Source: Octopus vulgaris (lineage: Eukaryota). From it: DNA of 64,000 bases. Of the stretch, positions 52,063-64,000 are shown piece after piece. The DNA lies in NCBI GenBank assembly GCA_951406725.2, contig OX597823.1, positions 7,936,001-8,000,000 on the forward strand. Direction: 5' to 3'. Position 1 is the stretch's first letter. The number at the start of each line of letters is the position of its first letter. The notes below the pieces were generated by a model. It was not told the DNA's origin, searched no databases, and was given only the letters and a program-made list of their open reading frames with translations. Both the position numbers and the translations under genes were made by a program.

Positions 52063-53725
52063 TTAAAAATGAAGATTTTAATTTCACATGAATTACTCTG
52101 TCATATTACTGCAGGAAATTACTCTGAAAGAAATCTTTGCAGAAAGGTTACTAGGTTGATTACGTATTTCTTTCATTACGTTATCGCAGTTTTGTGAGAT
52201 TTGGCTGTTACTTCTAGTATGTGGATAGCCTACTTGAAGGCCAAGGCCGTAGAATTGAGAGGAGGAGAGGTATTTCTCTTTTTTAAATCGAAATTTTACA
52301 ATTTTTTTCAGAATCGGGTTCTCCATAGCCAAAATCGTGGGATTTCATATTAAATAAATCAATATATATCCATTTTCCTGCAAGTTATGAGGGAAAAATC
52401 GGATCTTGTGAATTTTCCAAAAGTCCCCTCCCATCAGGTTCGTTTGCGCAATTTTTTTTTCACATTCATTTTCTACAGTTGTTAACACCCAGCAGGCTGG
52501 GTTTTTTTGTTTCTTTTTCGTTAACGGGTGAGGGAGGATCTCTTTATTTACCAGTTTATATACCCTGCTATCCTTTGGGTCTTCGGATTTTTCAAAGGCG
52601 TTTTTGTTTCATTTTCGTAATGATTTATACTTCCCTCTATTTTTCTTTCACATGAAATTCTAATATAATCTACAATCTGAAATGTCTGAAAATTTTATTA
52701 CAATAAACCATTTTTCAGGAAGTTAGAAGGAAACCAAATCAGGGGTGGACATGAATACATCTGTGGTTATGACCCGCCCATCCCAAATTAAAGCAGCTCA
52801 ACAATAACAGAAATCTGACTTCCAACCCTTTACATATTCGTTTCGCTTATTCAGCAAACCCGAGGCTGTACTTGTATGTTCCCGTATTGATTTGCTTTTA
52901 TTATCTATTCTGGAGCCCCAAATATGTATGGGAGGACGGAGCGTTCGATTCTTCAATCAGTTGGGTACTTTAGTAAGGGTTTTCATTCCGTATAACTAAT
53001 CTATTAGCTGAAAACGAATACCAACTAGCTGTTAGTGAAGCCCTCTTCTTCTCGTTACAAAATCCTCGATGTTCCTCTAGTTGGGAAAGCCGTGAAGGTG
53101 CCTTAAGTCTGCTCATAAAACAATAGCGAAAGCTACCATATTCGCCAGCGAGTGATTATGCTTATAAAAATTCGGTGATGTTTTGGGTTTAAGTACATAT
53201 GAAATCCGAAGGTCGCTATAGTGACTAACTGTTGTTCGTTTTAATTGAATGTATGTAAAAACGTAACAATTTTATCTCCTCAAAAAACTCTATTGAATTC
53301 GAGACGTAACAAGTACCGCAAGGGTTTTTTTTCCCTGCGTTTTACCATTATTATTGATTATTCTAACAGTCTGTTTTGCCATCGATTAAATTGACTAGTA
53401 TTTTATTTTCTTTCACATGAAATTCTATTTTATGAAAGGCGAAGTTTTCTTTAAGGATACGTAATTAATACCGACTATAGTTGATCACAAATTGCATTTT
53501 AGTAGGCTTTTTTTCTTTTTTTAGGTAAAATTGTCTGCACTGGCTTGGCGATCTTTTATTTGAATTTAGCGCCTTATGAGTTCATTGGCGGATGACAGTC
53601 AGGTGACAACTCTAACTCCGCCTAATTAGCTTACTGACTGCGGAGACCTGTAGCTTATTTAAACTGATGATAAGAACAAAGAAAACATTTTAGCTGTCTG
53701 CTACGTAACTGTAATCAACTCAACA

Positions 53726-54103
53726 ATGTCTGGACGTGGTAAAGGAGGCAAAGCCAAGGCCAAGAGCAAGACTCGATCTTCTCGTGCCGGACTTCAGTTC
53801 CCCGTCGGCCGTATTCACCGTCTTCTACGCAAAGGAAACTATTCCGAACGTGTCGGTGCAGGGGCCCCGGTCTACCTTGCTGCTGTAATGGAATATTTAG
53901 CTGCTGAGGTGTTGGAATTGGCTGGAAATGCTGCCAGAGACAACAAGAAAACTAGAATTATTCCCCGTCACTTGCAGTTAGCAATCCGTAACGATGAAGA
54001 ATTGAACAAACTGCTGTCTGGAGTGACCATCGCCCAGGGTGGTGTTCTTCCTAACATCCAGGCTGTCCTTCTCCCTAAGAAGGCCCACAAAGCAGCTAAA
54101 TAG
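53726..54103 (+). CDS. H2A: Canonical histone H2A
   Basis: Complete intronless H2A with no SQ motif; ATTGG (~53585) and TATTTAAA (~53657) upstream. Confidence 0.98.
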   Translation: MSGRGKGGKAKAKSKTRSSRAGLQFPVGRIHRLLRKGNYSERVGAGAPVYLAAVMEYLAAEVLELAGNAARDNKKTRIIPRHLQLAIRNDEELNKLLSGVTIAQGGVLPNIQAVLLPKKAHKAAK

Positions 54104-54130
54104 GTTAATTACCTTGGTTTTTCAACAAAC

Positions 54131-54146
54131 GGCCCTTATAAGGGCC
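54131..54146 (+). promoter_or_regulatory. Histone 3'-UTR stem-loop (H2A)
   Basis: AAAC-GGCCCT-TATA-AGGGCC-ACCA. Confidence 0.85.
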
Positions 54147-54676
54147 ACCACAGTTTACGTTTAGTTTTTTCCTGATTGTTGAATGCGATAGACTTATTTC
54201 AAGTTTAATCTTTTTTTTTTCGCTTTGATAGTTAAAAAAAAAGTTGTCTTCACTTACGTAAATGGTTTCATTTTTCGTAGATTAAAAAAAAATGCCTTTT
54301 GTTTCACGAAATTTTTACTTTTCAGCAATTGGACTTATTGAAGTGACAGTATCTTTGTCTAAAAATGTTTTGGTTAATGATTTGCTTAAATTTGAACATG
54401 ACCTTTTGCTTACGCTGCGGCCCTTATTTGTCCTCGGATATTGTTAGATGGAAGGGCGTTAGACTTCACTACGATTTTGTAGCTGGTGATCGACTGTATA
54501 GAAATTCAGTTACTTTTTATGACTACAAATACGAGGATTTCCTGAGATGACGGTCCAATTCATATTTTCCTCCAGTATCTAACGGTTCAGTTATGCGCAA
54601 TTCGTGTTCAAATTTCAAGAAATAACTTTTCATCCCAGGAATGAGGCGTTTCAACCGTCTTAAAAAAAAAAAAAAA

Positions 54677-55055
54677 TAGGAGTGGCTGTGTGGTAAGTAG
54701 CTTGCTAACCAACCACATGGTTCCGGGTTCAGTCCCGCTGCGTGGCATCTTGGGCAAGTGTCTTCTGCTATAGCCCCGGGCCGACCAATGCCTTGTGAGT
54801 GAATTTGGTAGACGGAAACTGAAAGAAGCCTGTCGTATATATATATATATATATATGTGTTTGTGTTTGTCCCCCTAGCATTGCTTGACAACCGATGCTG
54901 GTGTGTTTACGTCCCCGTCACTTAGCGGTTTGGCAAAAGAGACCGATAGAATAAGTACTGGCCTTACAAAGAATAAGTCCCGGGGTCGATTCACTCGATT
55001 AAAGGCGGTGCTCCAGCATGGCCGCAATCAAATGACTGAAACAAGTAAAAGAGAT
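54677..55055 (+). mobile_element. SINE family A
   Basis: Full match. Confidence 0.9.
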
Positions 55056-55644
55056 AGCAAGTATGAATCTAAGATCAACAGTTTTCAAACTAACAAAAGC
55101 CAGCGGTGGAATTCATATAGCCTCTCATAACTTTACATTTAAAAGAAAATATTTAAAGAAAATTTTTGCGAATGTGTTCTACACACGAGAATTCATACGA
55201 TTATGTAAACCACCCCACAAAAAAAAATGCATGATTTAAAGGCTATGTAGCTGTTATTTTTAAGCACACGTCTCGACCATCTCTCACACCCTCCTTATTT
55301 ATCAGTTTGACGTATTGATGTGTACTTTTAAACCAGAATTTCGTCAAATCAGCCACAATTTTTCTTTCTTTCTTGTATTTATATATTTCTTTCCAAGTTA
55401 GAAACTCTCTTGAACATGAATTCGTCCACCCACTTTTCTATCTTCACTCATTCCTTGCTTTTCCCTTTTTACTAGAAACGCTGTCGTAGACACCCAGTGA
55501 AGTTTCGGAAAAGGCACACCATTTGACCGAATTGTTTTGAGCATGAAATCTTTTCAGGCGAACGTAAAGAATACGTACACTCGGTGTTTAGGGTTTGTGT
55601 TATGTCGAAAACGGGTGGTACGTATTCTTGACCTCCGCCAAATA

Positions 55645-55830
55645 TTCTCTACTCTAGACACAAGGCCCGAAACTTTTGGGGAGGAGGTCAGTCTATTAGA
55701 TCGACCTCAGTACGCAACTTGGTACTTAATTCATCGACCCCGAAACAATGAAAAGCAAAGTCGACCTCGGCAGAATTTGAACTCGGAATGTAAAAATAGA
55801 CGAAATACTGCTAAGCATTTCGCCCAGCGA
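55645..55830 (-). mobile_element. SINE family B, alternative-tail subfamily
   Basis: Match to 12690-12902. Confidence 0.75.
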
Positions 55831-56629
55831 AAAATATGAGCTGCAGTAGTAACTTACGCTGTAAAAGTAAATATTAATGAATAAGGTAATGATTTCTAAA
55901 TATAGGCGAATCTGTAATTTTCAGAAATGTTTGCCAATGTAGTGTACACACGGGAATTCATACAACTGCGCAAAAACCCAAACAAAAATATTTTTGCGAG
56001 ATTTTATTCCACGGCTTCTCAGAAGCTGATTTTAATGAAAGTTGTGTGTGAACTTGGTGGAAAGAGTTTATTGGAATAATTATACGACGTTTTGTCCCGT
56101 AACACCCCAATTGGAAATGCAATGAATCTAAGATACTTGTTTCCCTGCCAGGAAGAAAGATAAGGGCTAAAGAAATAATACAGCCCTTAAATCAGGCCAA
56201 AACTTTTTGTGTTATTGCGCAATCGAATGAATTCCATTCGCAAAAAATTCTGAAAGCTGTAAAAGTTATCAGGGGTTGTATTGGGTGCTTAAAGTAGAAT
56301 TTCGCCGAATATTTTTTTTTTTTTTTTTGCTTTCTACCACAGGCACGAAGCCTTTTGTGGGGAATAGGCTCGTGAATTACATCGACCTCACCCCCAGTGC
56401 TAAAGGATGAAAGATAAAAATTGACCTCGGCGGAATTTAAACTCGGTCCGACGTACTGACGGTTCTTTGCTGCAGCTAATTATTATTTATAACCAGGCAG
56501 GAAGAGAATAGTCTTAAAGAACCAATTTTTCATAAAGTAGTAAGAATGTTATAGAACACTGGATATTTTCTTGTCACTTAATTAAAAGAAAAAAAAAAAG
56601 CATATTGGGAAGGCAAAAATGTATTTAAA

Positions 56630-56838
56630 TTTGAGTTTGGCGCCTTGCGATTTCATTGGCAGAAAACGTCAAGTGACAACTATGCAATCTTAGTACTTGT
56701 TGACTGCAGATGCCTAATTATTGGAAGATTAAATGTATATAGGCTACCATTTTTACCGTTTATTTCAAATATGCAATGTCTAGGCGCAATGTAGCAACAG
56801 CCAGATCTACCCCGCTTTATCCTCGTGCAGGCTTCAGA
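56630..56838 (+). pseudogene. H2A promoter and 5' coding relic
   Basis: 56630-56715 aligns with H2A upstream 53560-53650 (GCGCCTT..TTCATTGGC..GTCARGTGACAACT..TGACTGC); then CAATGTCT...CTCGTGCAGGCTTCAG echoes MSGR..SRAGLQ. Confidence 0.65.
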
Positions 56839-57294
56839 ATTAAAATTGATTAGGAAGACTTTTTAGTCAGTTTTTATTAACTGGAATACTCATTTCTCCA
56901 AATCAAATGTTTGCATTAACAATTCTGATAACTGTCTATGTAACCCAAGTGTAAAAATAAATTTTTACTCCCATCCCCTCCCGGACCGATTTTGGGGCGC
57001 TTAAAAACGAATGGGGAGAAACCTCTTCGTTAAAATTCAACTCCATATCTATGAATTTCTTAACTTTATAAACGGAATTTTTATTCTTTTTGTTAAACAT
57101 TTTTCCATTTCTCGAATGTGTTTATGGAGAGAGAACTATTTAAGAAACAAGGTATTATATGATCGTGAGATGTGCTAAATCGCCCTTAACTTTTCCATAA
57201 AACCATATTCAAACATCATTTTTATGAATTTGCTTCTCTCACCATGATACATGGAATTTTTTCTAATAAACTTAGATAAAACTTAGATATGTTT

Positions 57295-57670
57295 CGACCA
57301 AAGATTGGTCCAGGCCATGTCTAACTTAATAGCACCACCTGATAGGATTATTCGAATCCTGTGTAAGTCGAGTTTTGTTTATGGTCCATTCAAGTAGTGA
57401 GTTCTTATTGGGTGAGTTGTATCCAATTATGGATGGCTTATCTGCAATTCTTTGAAGGAATCTATCCAGACTCCGTTTAAAGTTGATGGGATCCTTTTCC
57501 TCTTTGATCTCCCTCGGGACAATGTTAAGTAGGGCAGGGCCTGTTGAGGAAAAGAAATTATGTTGCAGTGCACATGTATGCTGTGAGCTTGAATTGGGTA
57601 GGGGACGTATGGCCCGTGGTCCCAATCTTGGATGAACCTTGAAGCTAATGTTAAGGTCGTTTGGGCAATA
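57295..57670 (-). mobile_element. CR1-group LINE 3' fragment
   Basis: HPRLG..FSSTGPALLNIVPREIK..FKRSLDRFLQRIADKP..NSLLEW. Confidence 0.7.
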
Positions 57671-58419
57671 CTATGGAAACATTTAAAAGCGATTTATCTG
57701 TTGTCTTTAGCACATATCTCTTCTAGTACCTTTCTTGTTTAATATTTTTCTATTCATAAAAAGAGTAATGAAAAAAGGTTTTTAAAAAATGCCATGTTGA
57801 AAGAAATTTACGAACATGGAACATTTTTTTTTAACTTAAAGGTTTCTCGTTTATTAAGTGTGTAGTACCCACAAAATCGAGTAAAAAGAAGGATATCGGC
57901 GGACATGGAAGTCACTCAGCACTAGCAGTTGGAATCTCTCCGTTTCGACGGGGATTTTTCAGATATTTTTTCGCGATGCCCTTGGGAACGGTCTGGACGA
58001 TCGCTTTAGCAAAAAAATGAAATTGCGAAAATTTTTAACTCCCTGACCGATTTTTCGAATTTCTCAGTTTTGACGGGGATTTTTTTTCACCCCACTACCT
58101 CCTCGACTAATTTTGTTGGCACTACGCTCAATGATTTCCGCCTCTTCTGACGGATTTTGTGGTCACTACACATTTAAAAACGATGGCAGAAACCTTTATA
58201 TAACAAAAAAAAAAAAAAAAAAAAAGGATCTTTTCATCTACCGGTCAAAGTGAAAAGATCCCCCCCCCCCAAATATCCATATTTATGAATTCCTTAACAT
58301 GATACATGACTGTTTTTTGTTCAGCCTTTTCCCATTACTCATGTGTTTATAGGGAGAAAAATATTAAACAAACACGGAAGGTGGTCGAGATCTGCTAAAA
58401 GCAGTGTACTTGTGTTTAT

Positions 58420-58616
58420 CATTATTTACATTTGACGGATATTTGTCCTCATCTTGTTTGTTGTTAACACAACGTTTCTGTTAATATACCCTTCATCAGA
58501 AGTCTTTGGGAAATTTCGAACCTGGGTTCTCATTCCTATTTTTCGATATCATTATTATGCAGGTCACTCGCAATCTTGGTTAGTAGCCCACGCTCTTAAC
58601 CACTACGCTATATGCC
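58420..58616 (-). mobile_element. tRNA-headed SINE with hammerhead-like tail (second copy)
   Basis: Minus strand GGCATATAGCGTAGTGGTTAAGAGCGTGGGCTACTAACC head; CTGATGA..GAAACGTTGTGTT at 58466-58499; same tail as 51730-51780. Confidence 0.75.
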
Positions 58617-60000
58617 TGTGGAGTGAATTTTAGGGTTTATAAATCTAATATTCCCCCTATCAATACACGCGAGAGTGAGAAAGAAACGGGGAGGGTGGTC
58701 TTGGGATGTGCTAGAAGCAACAGCCAAATTCTTCTTTAACTCCCTTTCCTCTGAAAATATTTACAATCTTTTTTTTTTTTTTGCCGGAAAGGCCCCTCCC
58801 AAGGTTTTTAACTGGAAAAAAAAATTGGGCAATATCGGTCCGGAGTGGGTTGTACCCCCCCCCCAACTTTTCATACAAAATATGTCCCTTCTCCCTCCAT
58901 CATTTCGAAAAAAAAATCCCAGCCAAAACTGAGAAAATCCAACTTATGTGGTATTCCTGATCCGAAATTCCTCCCGACTCCCTCGGAAAACTCTTCCCCT
59001 ACAGAATCGTAACCTATGCCGTTTGAAACGTTTCATTAAAAGATACCCATTTTCCTGAAAGCTATGAGGGGGAAAAAAAGTCGGGTCATGTGAATTTTCC
59101 GAAACTCCTCTCCCCGAAACCCTCGGAAAATTTCTTAGCAACAAATCCCTATATACTCTGAATTTACAGCATCTAAGCAGTACTTGTTAAAAATTTCGTT
59201 AAAAAGTATCCATTTTTCTGGAAGTTATGAGGCAACAAAGTCGGGTGGGTACATCTGTATTTATTCCAGAGTAAGTATCAGTTGATGTAATCAACTTACT
59301 TCCTCTCCCAAAATTTTCAAACCAATATTTTCCTTTCTGCTGACGCAAATCGTTAATGGTTTTCTCGAATTTTACTCTTTCATGGCTCAATATTTTTGTC
59401 ATTTTCTCCAGTCTAAGGGAAATAACTCTTAAACTTCAGATAGAGTTCAAATTTAAATATTTGGACCTTGCGGTTGAGTTTCGGATGAGGACACACCCGC
59501 ATTTTCTTCGTTTTGACCGGGATTTCCCAAATTTTTCCCCCAACTATACCTTTAGAAATGATGGGGGGTGGGGGGTTTAGTATTTTTTATGAAAAAAAAA
59601 AATCTTTTTGAAAATTTTTCACCCCACCTGCAGACTGATTTTGACCCTTTTTCTTTTTTTTGCACTACATACTTAAAAACTATGGAAGCCTTTTCGGTAA
59701 AAAAAAAAAAAAAAAAATTAATTAACTAAATAAAATTTCAGACAAAAGGGTGTGATTTAAGGGAGATTTAGCTGTTGTTTCGAGCACATCATGACCACCA
59801 AGTACCCTTCCTCTTTTCTTTCTTACTCTGACATGTATTAATGTTTTTCTAACCATGAACATCTTTATGCTATTAAAGTTATGAAAATTTGATTTTTCAC
59901 CCTCTCCTTCATCGTTTCTGTTTTTAATTTTAAAATCTTGGAGAATCTGGGGTCATTGGTGGGATTTATCCAGTTATTTACAAAAGCTATGTAAAACATA

Positions 60001-60170
60001 CGCTAAGAGTTGTTGAAGCATGGAACAAACTGCTGGCATCAGTTGTTAGTTGTCGGAGCATTGCATCCTTCGAAACTTCCATGCTTTCCGAGATTCGCCA
60101 ACACTACACCTGATTTTCTCCCCTCCATACACATTTGTACATTACTGTATGCGTTTTATACTGTACAATA
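60001..60170 (+). mobile_element. CR1 3' fragment
   Basis: Same family as 1072-1410. Confidence 0.75.
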
Positions 60171-60179
60171 ATAAAAAAA

Positions 60180-60764
60180 ACCAAAACATTCTTGTTAAGT
60201 GGTTGGACCAAAATGAAGTACCGAAAACCTTTCCTAAACCTTGGTTTTTCAAAAAGAAGGTTATAATGACTGTTTGGTGGTGTACTGCTGGACTCATCCA
60301 CTATAACTTCTTAAAACCCAGAAAATTCATTACTGCAGAAACATATTGCCATAAAATTGCCAAAATGAATGAAAACTGCAACTTCATCCCAGACTGGTCA
60401 ACAGAGGAGGGCCACTCATTCTTCATGACAATGCTTGACCACATGTTTCACTAACAATGTTCCAGAAGTTGAGGGAACTTGGCTACCAAGTTCTTCCCCA
60501 GACCTTTCTCCTACCACTCTTTCAAGCACCTTGATGGTTTCCTGTGAGAGAAAGAGTTCAAAAATCAAACCAATGCTGACAGTGTCTTCAACGAGTTCAT
60601 CAACTCCAGAACACCAGATTTTTAATGTTACCAGAATAAACAAACTCATATCTTGTTGATTGTAACAGTACTTACTTTGATGAATAATATTTCTGCATTG
60701 TTGAAATATATTGTGACAAATTTCATGTTTTGAAATGTTGCTTACTTTTTACTTAGCCTGATAT
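60180..60764 (+). mobile_element. Decayed mariner transposase remnant
   Basis: KKVIMTVWW..GLIHYNFL..ITAETYC, LHDNA*PH and SPDLSPT motifs across frames. Confidence 0.8.
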
Positions 60765-61599
60765 ATTATTTCTTGTACATCAGTTAATGGGTCTAATATT
60801 AATGATTGCCATTTAAAACTAATGTAGCTGGATTTCCCAAGAATGAGAACAGAAATGACTTTTCCCTGATGAAAGTTATTTAATATTATATCATCTGACT
60901 CTTCAATACGAAATCAACTATAAATATATTTGGCAGTGTTTCCACCACTCTAGGTTTATCCATCCTCTCAAAAAAAGATAATTCTGATCTTATTGAAGTT
61001 GGCTCCCTTGGTTACTATACACGAACTAAGTGTTAACCATCATATGACAGGTAATATTAGGAACATAATTATTGATAAAATATATTTATTGAAAATGTAC
61101 AAATGAGAAATTTATTTTTATTTAATTTAATAAACAATTTATTCTGTAAATTAGTATTCATTTCATTATTTAGTATAATCACCATGAAATTTGAAAAAGA
61201 AACTGAGTAACTACCCTTTAACATTGAAGTGGTAACTACCTTAGGTAATTTTAATCAGCAGGTAAAAATGAAATATTGGCATAACAATGATACCACAAAT
61301 CCCTGTAATTTAAGACAAATTACAGTGAACAGACTACAGAAAATAAATGCCAAAATATTTCACAACGATAATCTTCTCTACAATCAGTATTCTACTGTGG
61401 ATTACAAGTGTAACCTTACTTCACACTGAATAATTCTCCATGTAGTTTCTAGTCCACAAGATTACAATTCACAAAAAAATATTTCCCAAATACTTAGAGA
61501 ACAAACTTCTTTCAAATATAAAGCAAGATGAAAATTCAAAGAGAATGATTTCTGATGTAATTTCATCATGATCAATGTTCTCAAATGTGTATTTGTTGG

Positions 61600-62003
61600 T
61601 GGGGCTGTTTGGTAAGTAGCTTACTAACCAACCACACGGTTCCGGGTTCAGTCCCACTGCGTGGCATCTTGGGCAACTGTCTTCTGCTATAGCCCCGGGC
61701 CGACCAATGCCTTGTGAGTGGATTTGGTAGACAGAAACTGAAAGAAGCCTGTCGTATATATGTATATATATATATATAAGTGTGTGTGAATATGTTTGTG
61801 TGTCTGTGTTTGTTTCCCTAGCATTGCTTGACAACCGATGCTGGTGTGTTTACGTCCCTGTCTCTTAGCGGTTCGGCAAAAGAGACCGATAGAATAAGTA
61901 CTGGGCTTACAAAGAATAATTCCCGGGGTCGATTTGCTCGACTAAAGGCGATGCTCCAGCATGGCCGCAGTCAAATGACTGAAACAAGTAAAAAGAGTAA
62001 AAG
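61600..62003 (+). mobile_element. SINE family A
   Basis: Match to family A; ends ~12 bp from the ZNF stop codon. Confidence 0.9.
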
Positions 62004-62014
62004 GATTCCACATT

Positions 62015-63595
62015 TCAATTAATAGGATTCCTCTCAGAATGTAGTTGTTCATGTCTTTTTAAATGACGACTAGTGATAAATGACTTCTTGCATGTTCCAC
62101 AATGATAGGGTCTTTCTCCAGTGTGACTGCGTTTGTGGTCCACAAGATTGGAAGTATTAATGAATGATTTCTTGCATATTCCACAATGATATGGCTTTTC
62201 TCCTGTGTGAGTACGTTTGTGAACAACAAGACTTGAATTATTAATGAATGATTTTCCACACGTCTCACAGTGGAAAGGCTTTTCTCCCGTGTGACTACGT
62301 TTGTGAACTACTAGACTAGAATGAAAAGAGAAGGATTTTCCACAGATTTCACAATGATAGGGTTTTTCTCCAGTGTGACTTCGTACGTGGAGAACAAGAT
62401 TCCAGTTGTTGATGAAAGATTTTCCGCATATTTCACAGGGGAAGGGTTTTTCCCCCGTGTGGACCCGTTTGTGTTTTGTTAAATCCCCAGTAGAGGCAAA
62501 ACCTTTCCCACATACTTCACAGTGGAAAGGTTTCTCTCCCGTGTGGATTCGTTTGTGAGTTGTTAAATTACTGTTTATCATAAACGATTTTCCACACAGT
62601 TCACAGTGGAAGGGTTTTTCTCCAGTGTGGCTACGTATGTGGACACCAAGATTTGAATTATTAATAAAAGATTTTCCGCATATTTCACAGTGGAACGGCT
62701 TTTCCCCAGTGTGTATTCTTCTGTGTTTTGTTAAGACACTGTAATAAACAAAAGATTTTCCGCATATTTCACAGTGGAAAGGTTTTTCTCCAGTGTGACT
62801 ACGCATGTGAATAACAAGTTGAGAATTCTTAATAAAAGATTTTCCACACGTCTCACACCGGAACGGTTTTTCTTCGGAGTGGATTCGTTTGTGACTTGTT
62901 AAATAGCTATTATTGACAAAAGATTTTCCGCACATTTCACAGTGATACGGTTTTTCCCCAGTGTGACTCCGTATGTGAACTGTAAGCTTAGAATTAGAGA
63001 TAAAAGTTCTTCCACATATTTCACAGTGAAACAGATTTTCTCCACTGTGCATTCGTTTGTGTGTTGTTAACATACTGTTAGAAATAAAAGATTTTTTACA
63101 TATTTCACAAGCATAGGGTTTCTCTCCAGTGTGGTTACGTTTGTGGATTGTGAGCTGAGAATTGTCAATGAATGCCTTCCCACATACTTCGCAATGATAT
63201 GGCTTTTTCCCACTGTGAATTTGTTGATGTCTTTTTAAGTGACTGCTAGTAATAAAGGATTTCTCGCATACTTCACAGTGAAATGGTTTTTCTCCAGAGT
63301 GTATTTTTTTATGTTTAGTCAAGACACTGTTGGATACAAAATATTTGCTGCAAATTTCACAGTGGAAGAGTTTTTCCTTATTATGTATTTTTTTGTGCAA
63401 GGAGACTCCATGTTTTGATGAGAATGTTTTCCTACAAACGCTACAGTTATATTCAGGAATATTTTTGTGTAATATTATTTCTTCAGTAAATGTTTCGTTG
63501 CATAAAGGTTTCTCATCACTGTATGTTTGTGTAAATGTATCTATATTGTTAAATACAGGTGTGTTTGAAGTATCCAAGTGATTAACATCCTCCAT
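62015..63595 (-). CDS. C2H2 zinc-finger protein, 17 tandem fingers, 526 aa
   Basis: 17 fingers with TGEKP[FY] linkers after a ~50-aa leader; candidate acceptor TTTCTCAG ending at 63622. Confidence 0.92.
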   Translation of the reverse strand: MEDVNHLDTSNTPVFNNIDTFTQTYSDEKPLCNETFTEEIILHKNIPEYNCSVCRKTFSSKHGVSLHKKIHNKEKLFHCEICSKYFVSNSVLTKHKKIHSGEKPFHCEVCEKSFITSSHLKRHQQIHSGKKPYHCEVCGKAFIDNSQLTIHKRNHTGEKPYACEICKKSFISNSMLTTHKRMHSGENLFHCEICGRTFISNSKLTVHIRSHTGEKPYHCEMCGKSFVNNSYLTSHKRIHSEEKPFRCETCGKSFIKNSQLVIHMRSHTGEKPFHCEICGKSFVYYSVLTKHRRIHTGEKPFHCEICGKSFINNSNLGVHIRSHTGEKPFHCELCGKSFMINSNLTTHKRIHTGEKPFHCEVCGKGFASTGDLTKHKRVHTGEKPFPCEICGKSFINNWNLVLHVRSHTGEKPYHCEICGKSFSFHSSLVVHKRSHTGEKPFHCETCGKSFINNSSLVVHKRTHTGEKPYHCGICKKSFINTSNLVDHKRSHTGERPYHCGTCKKSFITSRHLKRHEQLHSERNPIN

Positions 63596-64000
63596 ATTTA
63601 TTCTTCAGGAATTCTTAAAAACTGAGAAATATGAGAATATAATTTATGGTTCAATTTCTTGTCTTGTATACGATGAGAACTCTGCTATCATGCATGAAAA
63701 ATATACAATGTAGATATATTTTCAAATAATCATAAGAATGACTGGTCCTTTACTGGTACACATATTGTTGTATACAAAAAGCTTCTGTCTACTTAAAAAA
63801 AACGTTGGTATGGTTAATGAATGCTATGTAGATTAAAAATATGTCCATATGTGATTGGTGGTAAATGTTTCGGTGAAAGCATCTACATCTGCTCATCTTG
63901 CAATGGAATACTCAGCAGAACTGTTAAAGAAAAGATATGACAGTGTAAGACAGATGTTAAAGAAAGAAAATGCATGCATGTATATACATGTATGTGTGTG

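Noticed and set aside
53300-53325. AACAAGTACCGCAAGGG resembling an LSU rRNA motif
   Set aside because: Only ~17 nt with no flanking rRNA similarity
52900-53560. Expected divergent H2B partner of H2A
   Set aside because: No recognisable H2B coding relic or stem-loop found by eye
53664-53690. CTGATGA...GAAA upstream of H2A
   Set aside because: No stem II or stem I pairing
58570-58616. Bona fide tRNA gene
   Set aside because: T-arm deleted, no acceptor stem, continues into a repeat body; it is a SINE head

Overview
AT-rich, repeat-dense animal genomic DNA, most consistent with an octopus/coleoid cephalopod (inferred from the tRNA-SINE families, microsatellite load and effector-less tandem C2H2 zinc-finger genes). 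Host genes: two intact minus-strand poly-C2H2 ZNF ORFs (10 and 17 fingers), one disrupted ZNF paralog, and a small scattered replication-dependent histone locus (intact H3 and H2A with 3' stem-loops, an H4 pseudogene separated from H3 by a DD37D/maT transposon, and an H2A promoter/5' relic). The rest is SINEs, RTE/CR1/R4-Dong LINE fragments, hAT/mariner/pogo/piggyBac-like MITEs, non-autonomous Helitrons and a 1.5-kb A4T4 satellite. The most striking signal missing from the ORF track is six minimal type-I hammerhead-ribozyme motifs from about five different small elements: a Penelope 3' end, a 404-bp terminally redundant retrozyme-like unit, and a tRNA-headed SINE whose tail carries a Penelope-type hammerhead. 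Most of these copies carry core mutations. Coordinates were read by eye and repeat boundaries are approximate.
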